Source: Mobula hypostoma (lineage: Eukaryota). From it: a stretch of DNA of 64,000 nt. Where the stretch lies: NCBI RefSeq assembly GCF_963921235.1, contig NC_086121.1:10850001-10914000 (forward strand), in the 5' to 3' direction. Numbering within the stretch: position 1 is the stretch's first letter; each line of letters opens with the position of its first letter. Below are positions 37,001 through 49,000 of this stretch, one piece after another. Made by a program: the position numbers and the translations under genes. The notes beneath the pieces were generated by a model that saw only the letters and a program-made list of their open reading frames with translations, ran no database searches and had not been told where the DNA came from.

Positions 37001-40000
37001 ATTTCTGAACAGACAATGAACTGACCTATGAACAGTACCTTACTATTTTTGCTCACTTTTTGCGCTATGTAATTTACTTTTTAAAATGTATTTTTAGTGT
37101 AAATTGTAGTTTTCTATGTATTGCACTGTACTGCTGATGGAAATCAACAAATTTCAGGACATGCAGTACTGGGCAAAAGCCTTGGGTAGATAGTTATAGC
37201 TAGATGCTTAAGACCTTTGCACAGTACTGAGTAATTTTGTGTATTGCACTGTACAGTTGCTGCTGAAAAAAAACAAATTTCATGACACGTGAGAAACCTG
37301 GTTCCAAAAGTGGGAAGAGGGCAGGGAGAGGGTAATCATAGTTGCGAAAGGAGGAATGGAGAGGGGACAGAGTGGAAAGCACCAGAGAAACATTCTGTAA
37401 TGATTAATAAACCAATTGATTAGAACCAAGTAACCTTACCTGGTGTCTCAGGGCTGAGTATGTCTGCACACATACCGCCACCTGCCCTTGGCACTCCTTC
37501 TCTGCTACGTGTCCCGCACTTCTCTCATGACACTCCCCCCTCGCCATTCCCAACCTTCTTTGCTCCCACCAGATTTATGATCTTGCACTCCGCTTCATGG
37601 TGACAGATACAGCACTGAGCAAAAGTCTTAGCCACCCTGACTATATGTGTGCTTAAGCTTTTTGGACAGTATTGAATGTCATGATATTAAACCTGATTCT
37701 AATTCTGATAAACTTTAATCAGTGAACATGCAAATCAAATCACTTAACAGTTTTTCTCTTCAAAGCTTTCAATGAGGAAACATCATCTGCCACAATGAAA
37801 CTGGACAAACTGGTCAAGCTTTTTCCTGTGTTTCAGCAGTCATAATTTTTTTTTAGTGGCTGGTGTTGGCAGCAGGAGGTGATTTAGAATAACATTTTTT
37901 AAAAAGTCAGGTCACTTTGTTACAGAAAGTCTGTCAAATGCTAGAAGTTAACAAATTTCACAATATATGCCCATGGTATTAAACCTAGTTCTGATTCTGA
38001 AATGCCCTTCATCTGCCAGCTTGTGTACTTTATTAATATGGTTTCTTCCCACTTTCTTTCCAGCCTTGACGGCGAAGGGTCTCGGTCAGAAACATCAACT
38101 ATTTATTCCCCTCTATAGTTGCTCAGTTCCTCCAGCATTTTATGTGTGTTGCTCAAGATTTCCAGCATCTGCAGAATCTCGTGTTTATGCTAGAAATAAT
38201 AAGCTGGACAGGGCACATGAGGTAAACACTGAAACAGTAAAATTAGAGTAGTGAGGCAGCATTGTTGGTGAGTCAGCATCTCTCCACAGATGTCACCTGA
38301 CCAGCTGAGTATTCCCAGCCTTTTCAGTGAAATTTCAAGTATTCTGTACTTTGCTTGTCAACCAGAAACATTTACTCTATTTCTTTCCCAAAAACACAGC
38401 CTGGCTAGCTGAGAATTTTTATCATTTTCTGTCTTTAATTCAAATAAAAATGACTCGCAAAACTCTAGAGCAGCTGTGCACTTACAATTTTATGCTTTGG
38501 ATTACACCGTAGTTTGCAATATAATCTCTATAATTGCCTCAGACCCTGTTGAAAACCTGACAATAACGGTGCTGATTAATCTATAGGAAAGAGAACTGTT
38601 CCTTTGTTAATAGTCATGAAACAATACGGGTTTATAATTACACACTGTCGAGTGAAGTGAAAGATCTTTATTAAATCTGCAGTGATACTTCTGTTTAATT
38701 TTTTTTTTTGAGTTGTATTAATTCCTAAATTTAATGTTTAATTACAGATTATTTTGCTTCTATTACTGATTTCCCAAGTTCCAGTGACAACTGCTTGTGA
38801 CCCAGGGGAGTACGAAAATGATGGTGTCTGTTGTTTATTGTGTTCTCCAGGTAAGTGATGGCCAGTATTTTATGCAATAACTAGACAATGGGGTGACCCG
38901 TTGGGGCACCCTTTGAGAGAAGGGTAGTGCAGTCTGATGTGACCAGAATGAACATTAAATTTTCCTGAATGCTATTAGTATCACTTTGCTTTGGAAAGTG
39001 TAGTAGAAAACCTCAGTTTATTAAAGAAGAACGACGCGTAGCAAAGCAAATATAGCTGGTCCTCCTTTAACGAAGGACACTTTTGATGGCATCATTTCTG
39101 GTTTATCAGCCACCCTTGTGCCTCTCGTTGTCATTCTGGAGACGTGCAGCCCTTTCATCCCCCGTCTCTTCAGCTCTTCAACTCTTCATCTCTTCTGTTT
39201 GTTGTTTGTCTCTGATCCTGGAGACGTGCATGCCTCTCCTCCTCTGTCTCTTCTTCTCTCATCTTCTTTTGTCCTGATTCTTTGATCCTGGAGTCGTGCG
39301 GCCCTGGCCTCATCCAATTCTTGTTCTCTCCCTCTCCTTGCCGCTTCCGAGGACGTTTGGCATCATCTCTTGACTATAATGACCCCCTTCCCTTTCCACA
39401 TGGCATAATTGGCTGACCATTTTTTTAACCCAGATACTGGATAGAAGATACGAAGTAGTAACACCAAAGGATGCTGATTATTGATGATGTGGTTGAGGCT
39501 CTCCTAAATGGATGTGATATAGTCACCGCTGTCCTTTGCAGCAAAGGCTTTTATGTGTGTCTCGAAGTATGTCATTACAATAAGATTTAATTATCTTTTA
39601 TTGAAGGCTAGCAGTTAGATCTGTTCCAATCCTGCACATGCTGATGGTGATTAGCAGATGTGACCCCTGGAAATAGAGCTGCCCTGCCCTTTTGCTCCAG
39701 TAGGTGTCGCTGCTGAGGCTGGCCGCGCGCATGCGTCGGGCCGTCGCGTCCCGATTTCCATGATGGCCAATCGGGTCTCAAGTGAAAGCCGGCCTGTTGA
39801 TTTTTGGCGAATAAGCAATTTTATACGAATATATAACCCTGAACTTTGCCTGCATTCTGTAAGTTAGCGCATTTTAATTCGATTTAACCAAAAGAAGTGC
39901 CACTGTAATGCAGTGTTTGTGCTAATTGGAGGTCACAAACAGACAGACAGAACATGAGAGCTTTAGTATTATATAGATTATCTCAATGCCAACAGAGTGC

Positions 40001-43000
40001 GTTTCATTAGCTTTCAAAAGTGGTGCACGTATATTTTTACTAAAAAAATATATACGCCAGGAATGGATTTCAGTAAGGTTTTGACAAGTTCCTTCAAGGG
40101 AGATTCATCCAGAAGATAACAATTGCATGGATCCATGGTGAATAGGCTGTTTGGATTCAGAATTGGCCTGCCCATAGGAGACAGGGTAGGGGTCAATGGG
40201 ACTCATTCTAGCTGGAGGTTTCTGATTTGTGGTGCTGTGCAGGGATCTGTACTTGGAACTCTGCTGTTTGTGATACATATTAATGACCTATATGAAAACG
40301 TAAATGGGTGGTTGTTAAGTTTGCAACTGATACAAAGACTAGTGCTCTTGTAGATAGCGTAGATGTCTGGCAAAGGGTACAGCAATATATAAACAGGCTG
40401 CAGATATGGGCAGAGAAATGATCCAATGTGAAATGACACACAAAGTTGCTGGTGAACGCAGCAGGCCAGGCAGCATCTCTAGGAAGAGGTACAGTCGACG
40501 TTTCAGGCCGAGACCCTTCGTCAGGACGAAGGGTCTCGGCCTGAAACGTCGACTGTAGAGTCCTGACGAAGGGTCTCAGCCTGAAACGTCGACTGTACCT
40601 CTTCCTAGAGATGCTGCCTGGCCTGCTGCGTTCACCAGCAACTTTGTGTGTTGCTTGAATTTCCAGCACCTGCAGAATTCCTGTTGTGTCCAATGTGAAA
40701 TGATGCACTTTTGGAAATATAAAGTGACAATCCACTGTTAATGGAAAGACCATTGCTGTTGGTGAGTAGAGGGATTTTGGGGCATAAATTCGTAGATCCC
40801 TAAAAGTGATTACAAGTTGATAGTGTGGTAAAGAAATCATATGGCATGTTTGCCTTGCATGTTGAGGAACTGAGCTGAAGAGTTGGGAAGTTTTGTTGCA
40901 GCTCTATAAAATTCTATTTAGGCCCCATCTAGAATGTTGCATTGTTCTGGTTACCCTATTATGGGAAGGAGGGGGTGCAGAGAGGTTTACCGGGATGCTG
41001 TCTGGCTTAGAGTGCATCTGCTAGCTATAGGAATAGGTTGGACAAACTTGGGTTGTTTCCTGTGGAGCAGCAGAGACTGAGGGAAGATTTGAGATAGGTT
41101 TATAGGATTAGCAAGAGGCAATGATAGACAGCCGGTATCTTTCTCCCAGCGTTGAAATGTCTTTTACCAGAAGGTATGCATTTAAGTGAGAGGGAGTTAC
41201 TTCAAAGGAGATGTGTGAGAAAAGCATTTTTATTCCGAAGAGTGGTGGTGCCTGGAATGTGCTGCATCCTGGGGTGGTGGTAGAGGTAAATACAATAGGG
41301 ACGTTCACAAGGTTCTTGGATAGGGACATGGATGTGCAGGAAATGGAAGAATATGGATATTATGTAGATAGAAGAAATTACTAATTTAATTATTTCACAA
41401 CATTGTGGGCTTTAGGACCTGTTCCTCTGCTGTACTACGTTCTACGTTCATAGAGCATAGTTCAACTATATAAACTATGTTCTAATGAATTTTATTTTAT
41501 CAGTGACATTTCCCTTTTCATATGAAAACGTATGTACATTTTCTTTTCTGTTGTTTGTATTGTGGTTTTCTTTTGTTTAATATTTCTGTAAGGCAATTAA
41601 GTTTCTCATTCATATATGTAGCCTTTTCCTAGAGGATTTTAATGGTTAGACAGGTTGAAACTTCCTAGTCCGGCATCCTGGAAACCTGAGAAATGGCCCT
41701 AGAGCTCCCAATGTAAATATATGCCTGATCCCTGGGCTTGTTAGTTCACACTGACATCCGTGAGGATCCAGTACAGAAAATCATACAATGCTGATCTGAG
41801 GAAATAGATATCAACACACATAAGATGCTGGAGGAACTCAGCAGATCAGGCAGCATCCAGGACTGAAGAAGTATCTCGGCCCAACACATCGACTGTTCGT
41901 TCATTTCCATGGATGTTACCTGATCTGCTGAGTTTCTCCAGCATTTTGCGTGTATTTTGGATTTCCACCATCTGCAGAATTTCTCATGTTGAGGAAATAG
42001 ATGAAGTTTTACATCACTTCTGAGAGTCGGTAGACTGGTGAATATTCAAGGACTCTGTGGCCAATCTAAAAGAGTATGTCACCACAGTCAGACTTCATCA
42101 GCAAGTGTCTAGAGGACTGCACAGTACAGAGGTCAGTTTGGGTGTTTGCCAGCCAGAAACCATGATAAACCGAGAGATCGACTCCCTAAGAATTGCAGGT
42201 CTGCTCTATTCTAATGAGCTGACCCTGACCTGTACATGAAACTGAGCTACGGCCTTTGTAAAGCTATCAGGAGTGCCAAGAGACGGATCGAGTCCCAGAC
42301 CAGCCATCAGGGCTTGCGTGCTATAACAGGTTGGGCATTATCACTGATGAGCTCAATGCATGTTTTGAACAGAAGGGTATTGAAATGACAACAGCCTCCG
42401 AAACACCTGAACCCACAGTCACTGTTGCAGATGTCAGATCGGCTTTCCTCCGAGTGAGCCCACAGAACATATCTGGCCTGCATCCTTTCATCCTTTATGG
42501 ACCTACAAACAGGGTTTTATGCGTACATTTCTAACCACTTCCTACTCCAATCTGAGGTTTCTACATACTTTAAGAAGACCACTATCATCTCAATGCCACA
42601 GGAAAAGAAAATAGCATGCCTTAGAAACTACCATCCAGTGGCTCTTGACATCCACCATCATAAGTCCTACTAGCTTGTGCCATGAACATGCACGTGGTGC
42701 AATAACCGTTGATACAAGAGTTCCTACAGATGCTGGGAATCAAGAGTAACACACTCAATGCTGGATGCACTCAGCAGGCCAGGCAGCATCAATAGAGAAG
42801 AATAAACAGTTGATGTTTCAAGTCAAGATATTCTGTTTGGGTCTCAGACCGTGCTTGTCAAAGAATAGCAATAGCTACAGGCAGCAGCAGCACAGCAAAA
42901 AGCAAAAATTGGGAAAGAGAACAGCTTGAGTGAGAGAGAGCTAAAAAGGGCACCGGAAGTTTAAAAAAAAGCTTTTTTTAACATACATCACTAATTAACA

Positions 43001-46000
43001 TTTGAAGGATTGAGAAACAAACATAAATTAAACTTTAAGTTAAGAATTTCTATGGAAGTTACTATCAGTTACCATATGTGGCTTGAGAACATTATTTCCT
43101 CATATTACAGTAACTCAAACTGGTGTTGTTTTCTGGGGTGCCATCTCTCAGTGAAAATGAAAGTGGATTTTGGTTAACTGGGATACATTAGGACCCGTAT
43201 GCTTTTGTTCAATTAAGCGGCTGCCCCAATTACCACCAAGTTTCATGGAAATAGTTAAAAAGGTATATAAAGAAACAAGCTACTGCTTAAATGAATAACA
43301 ACTTATGTATTTAAATAAAATATAGAACAAGTTAGAACGACCAACATTACTACTATACAAATAAACTGTGCACTAGTTTGTAATGGTTACCAATAGAGGA
43401 ATTCATCGAGTGTACACAGGAGTGTTCTTTTGATTGACTGTAAGTTAACAAAATCAGTCCTGAGACCTAGTGCAGATAATGGACTGACTTCATTGCCTTC
43501 CTGCATGAAGTAATGTCGTTAGCCAACGATAAATTTTTCTGATTTCTATATCCGTTGGTTGCACCACGGATGTTGTACTGGCAGGCAGAAATTCCAGAAG
43601 GATATTTCTCAAATATTCTACATTAGAGTGTGCAGTACAATTGTCAACAAGCAGAGGAATTTTGCTTGTAGCTCCATATCCCAACTCATCAGTCATTTCT
43701 TAAAAATTTCGAAGTCATCCGCACATTCTTATTAGCATAGAATTCAATTGGTAAACTATCCATTCTTCGCCTCTTAAAGCATCGAGGTTTAATGCAGTTC
43801 CCCAATAACCAACAGTTTTTTTTATCAGTTCCTGACATATTTGAACAATGCAACACAGTTATGCAATCCTTTGCTTTCCTTGACCCTAATAGTGTTGCAT
43901 GTTTGTATCAAAGGAAACCATCTGGTGTGGCACAATAAAAAAGGCCTGTCTCATCAGCATTTTGGCACATCAGTTACTTCTGCCAGCTGAGTGGTGTTTG
44001 GTGGATAGCTTTCAATTCAGTCCATTAGAGTAATTTTTTCAGCTAGTGTCAAATCTTTCCATGGCATCTTGGCAAGGGTCTCAAATTTAAAAAAAAATCC
44101 GAAATGAAAAATGCAAAATGATCAAAAAAAATTACTTCTTTTCAAATCAGCATCTGTTGTTCCAAATGGATAACATAACACAAGCACACACAGCTGTTTG
44201 CTCTAAGCACGGTGTAGTGTTTAATGGCTACACAAGTGCATGTGACTGATAGTCTCATGTCCCAATTAAGTAGCATAGTGTCCCAAATAAACTAGCGGAA
44301 TCCTGGCTATTTTCTTGATTTAGAAACATAGAAAACCTACAGCACAATACAGGCCCTTCGGCCCACAAAGTTGTGCCGAACATGTTCCTACCTTAGAAGT
44401 TACAAAGCTTACCCATAGCCCTCTATTTTTCGAAGCTCCATGTACCTATCCAAAGCTCCCTTAAAAGACCCTATAATATCCGTCTCCACCACCGTTGCCG
44501 GCAGCCCATTCCACGCACTCACCATTATCTGTGTAAAAAAAAAACTTACTGCGACATCTCCTCTGTACCTACTCCCCAGCACCTTAAACCTATGTCCTCT
44601 TGTGGCAACCATTTCAGCCCTGGGAAAAAGCTTCTGACTATCCACACGATCAATGCCTATCATCATCTTATACACCTCTATCAGGTCACCTCTCATCCTC
44701 CGTTGCTCCAAGGAGAAAAGGCCGAGTTCACTCAACCTGTTCTCATAAGGTATGTTCCCCAATTAGGCAACGTCCAAGTAAATCTCCTCTGCACCCTTTC
44801 TATGGTTTCCACATCCTTCCTGTAGTGAGGCGACCAGAACTAAGCACAGTACTCCAAGTGGGGTCTGACCAGGGTCCGATATAGCTGCAACATTACCTCT
44901 TGGCTCCTAAATTCAATCCCACAATTGATGAAGACCAATACATCATATGCCTTCTCAGCCACAGAGTCAATCTGCTCAGCCGCTTTGAGCGTCCTATGGA
45001 CTCGGACCCCAAGATCCCTCTGATCCTCCACATTGCCAAGAGTCTTATCATTAATACTATATTCTGCCATCATATTTGACCTACCAAAATGAACCACCTC
45101 ACACTTATCTGAGTTGAACTCCATCTGCCACTTCTCAGCCCAGTTTTGCATCCTATCAATGTCCTGCTGTAACCTCTGTCAGCCCGCCACACTATCCACA
45201 ACACCTCCAATCTTTGTGTCATCAACAAACTTACTAACCCATCCCTCCACTTCCTCATCCAGGTCATTTATAAAAATCATGAAGAGAAGGGGTCCTAGAA
45301 CAGATCCCTGAGGCACACCACTGGTCACTGACCTCCATGCAGAATATGACCCGCCTACAACCACTCTTTGCCTTCTGTGGGCAAGCCAGTTCTGGATCCA
45401 CAAAGCAAGGTCCCCTTGGATCCCATGCCTCCTTACTTTCTCAATAAGCCTTGTATGGGGTACCTTATCAAATGCTTTGCTGAAATCCATATACACTACA
45501 TCTACTGCTCTTCCTTCATCAAAGTCTTTAGTCATATTCTCAAAAAATTCAATCAGGCTCGTAAAGCACGACCTGCCCTTGACAAAGCCATGCTGATTAT
45601 TCCTAATCATATTATACCACTCCAACTGTTCATAAATCCTGTCTCTCAGGATCTTCTCTATCAACTTACCAACCACTGAAATAAGACTCACTGGTCTATA
45701 ATTTCCTGGGCTATCCCTACTTCCTTTCTTGAATAAAGGAACAGCATCCGCAACCCTCCAATCCTCCGGAACCTCTCCCGTCCCCATTGATGATGCAAAG
45801 ATCATCACCAGAGGCTCAGCAATCTCTTCCCTCAGCTCCCACAGTAGCCTGGGGTACATCTCGTCTGGTCCCGGCGACTTATCCAACTTGATGCTTTCCA
45901 AAAGCTCCAGCACATCCTCTTTCTTAATATCTACATGCTGAAGCTTTTCAGTCTGCTGCAAGTCATCACTACAATCACCAAGATCTTTTTCCATAATGAA

Positions 46001-49000
46001 TACTGAAGTAAAGTATTTATTAAGTACCTCTGCTATTTCTTCCGGTCCCATACACACTTTCCCACTGTCACACTCGATAGGTCCTATTCTTTCATGTCTT
46101 ATCCTCTTGCTCTTCACATACTTGTAGAATGCCTTGGGGTTTTCCTTAATCCTGCCCGCAAAGGCCTTCTTATGGCCCCTTCTGCCTCTCCTAAATTCCT
46201 TCTTAAGCTCCTTTCTGTTAGCCTTATAATCTTCTAGATCTATGACATTACCTAGCTCTCTGAACCTTTTGTAAGCTTTTCTTCTTGAGTAGATTTATTA
46301 CAGCCTTTGTACATCACGGTTCCTGTACCGTATCGTAACTTCCTTGTCTCATTGGAACGTACCTGTGCAGAACTCCACGCAAATATCCCCTGAACATTTG
46401 CCACATTTCTTCTGTACTTTTCCCTGAGAACATCTGTTCCCAATTTAAGCTTCCAATTTCCTGCCTGATAGCCTCAAAAATTCCTCTGACTCCAATTAAA
46501 CGCTTTTCTAACTTGTCTGTTCCTATCTCTCTCCAATACTATTGTAAAGGAGATAGAATTATGATCATTATCTCCAAAATGCTCTCCCACTGAGAGAGCT
46601 GACACCTGACCAGGTTCATTTCCCAATACCAAATCAAGTACAGTCTCTCCTCTTGTAGGCTTATCTACAAATTGTGTCAAGAAAAATTCCTGAACACACC
46701 TAACAAACTCCACCCCATCTAAACCCCTTGTTCTAGGGAGGTGCCAGTCGATATTTGGGAACTTAAAATGTCCCATCATGAAAACTCTGTTATTATTATA
46801 CCTTTCCAGGATCTGTTTCCCTATCTGCTACTATTTATCCCTGTTATTATTGGGGGGCCTATAAAAAACACCAAGTAAAGTTATTGAACCCTTCCTGTGC
46901 CTAACTTCCACCCACAGAGACTCCGTAGACAATCCCTCCATGACGTCCACCTTTTCTGCAGCCATGACACTATCACTGATCAACAGTTCCACACCTCCTC
47001 CTCTTTTGCCTCCCTCCCTGTCCTTTCTGAAACATCTAAAACCCAGCACTTGAAGTAACCGCTCCTGTTCCTGAGCCATCCAAGTCTCTGTAATGGCCAC
47101 CACATCATAGCTCCAAGTACTGATCCACGCTCTAAGCTCATCTGCTTTGTTCACAATACTCCTTGTGTTAAAATAGACACATCTCAAACCGTCGGTCTGA
47201 GTGCGTCCATTCTCTATCACCTGCCAAGCCTCCCTCACACACTGTCTCCAAGCTTTCTCTATTTGTGAGCCAACTGCCTCTTCCCGAATCTCTTCAGTTC
47301 GGTTCCCACCCCACCAACAATTCTCGTTTAAACTCTCCCCAATAGCCTTAGCAAACCTCCCCGCTTGGATATTGGTCCCCCTGTGATTCAACTGCAACCT
47401 GTCCTTTTTGTACAGGTCACACCTGCCTGAAAAGAGCTCCCAATGATCCAGAAATCTGAATCCCTGCCCCCTGCTATAATCCCTCAGCCACGCATTTATC
47501 CTCCACCTCATTCTATCCCTATACTCACTGTCGCGTGGCACAGGCAGTAATCCCGAGATTACTACTTTTGCAGTCCTGCTTCTCAATTTCCTTCTTAACT
47601 CTTGTTTTTTTTTGACGGCTGTCCCAAATAAATGGCTGCCATGGTTATCTGATGACCCAATTAACCAGAATCCACTTATCAGTAATGATATTCACCATCT
47701 CCTCCAGTGTACCAGGGTAATCTGAGGAAGGGACTGTTTGAAAACCAAGACCACACACATCTGTCACAAAGCTCATGCTCCACAGTGCAGCAGTGATTCA
47801 CTACACCCCTGTGTGTTTCTGTGGCATGGACGATATGCAGCAAGAAAACCTTAGCATGAGACAAGTCTCTGCAATCCCTCCAAATCTGCTGGCCGGATAA
47901 GCAAACCAGCATCAACTTCCTTTCCTAGGCCTGATGGATGTCCATATCATTTGCAGGGCCTGAAACAAATTGTTCTGAGCTAAGTGACAGTAAGCAATTA
48001 CCAGGTGGACAGACAAAAAAGTTCAAAGAAAATTTATTATCAAAGTATATCACCATATACAACCTTGAGATTTATTTTCTTGCAGGCATTCACAGTACAA
48101 AGAAACACAATAGAATCAATGAAAAACTACACACAGAGAGACAACCAATGTGCAAAAGACAACGAATAGTGCAAATATGACAAAAAATAAAAAATCTAAA
48201 TAATAAATAATGAGAGTGTGATTTATAGAGTCTTTGAAAGGGAAGCCATAAGTTGTGAAACCAATTTAGTATTGGAGTGAGTGTAGTTATCTACTCTGGT
48301 TCAGGGGTCTGATGGTTAAAGGCTAAAAGAGGCTTGTTATAAAATTGTGAAGACTTACCGATTAATGGGCATCCCAAGTTTGTGTCTGCTCAAAATGGGG
48401 AAGGAATATTGAAGTGTGCATACAGAGCCTCAGGTTCCTGCATTAAGAACACACTGTCATTGGCAGATTGAGCACATCACCCCTCAAGCTATGTACCCAC
48501 CTGCCCAATTACAGACATCCTTCCAGAATTATGGCTGAGTCCCTGAGGTTCACATTAGCTTTATCGTCCACCTCTGAACCACAGAGCTGGAGCTTAACCA
48601 AGGCATCCACAATACCAAGGGGCTGCAAAAAATAGAGTGTATCCATGATGGTGCTTATGCATACAGTGTCTCGGAATACCTGACATTGCTGAAATACTAC
48701 TTCTGCTCAGAAGTAATAATGGTTCTCAAGTAGGGTTTTTTTTGGCAAAAAATGCATTCTAATTGATTCTTTGAGAGCAGAATAAGCATTGTGATTCCTT
48801 GTCTCTTTTCCAATGCAGATTTTTGTTTTATTGCAGGCAGTAGAGTATCCAAACACTGCACCGTGATGACGGGAACGACATGTAATCCCTGTACAACTGG
48901 AGAGTATATGGAGCATCCAAATCAGCTAAAGAAATGTTTTAAGTGTAAAATCTGTGATCCAGGTATATATTATAATATTGATTGGAGTTATGTGATTTTA

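Larger units (their letters stand above)
40437..40688. mobile_element. Fold-back mini-element made of Penelope pseudo-LTR pieces with hammerhead motifs
   Basis: Perfect 15-bp TSD TCCAATGTGAAATGA (40422-40436 / 40689-40703) interrupting a CR1 remnant. 92-bp inverted arms (40436-40527 / 40560-40651, 1 mismatch). Near-identical to the ends of the Penelope element at 62.2-63.8 kb. Confidence 0.9.
40050..41450 (+). mobile_element. Decayed CR1 LINE RT/3' region (host of the 40437-40688 insertion)
   Basis: md[23 protein letters not shown] motifs; continues after the TSD into a CR1 3'UTR. Confidence 0.8.

Noticed and set aside
40280-40840. 186-aa minus-strand ORF as a gene
   Set aside because: Chance frame through antisense CR1 sequence and the palindromic insert.
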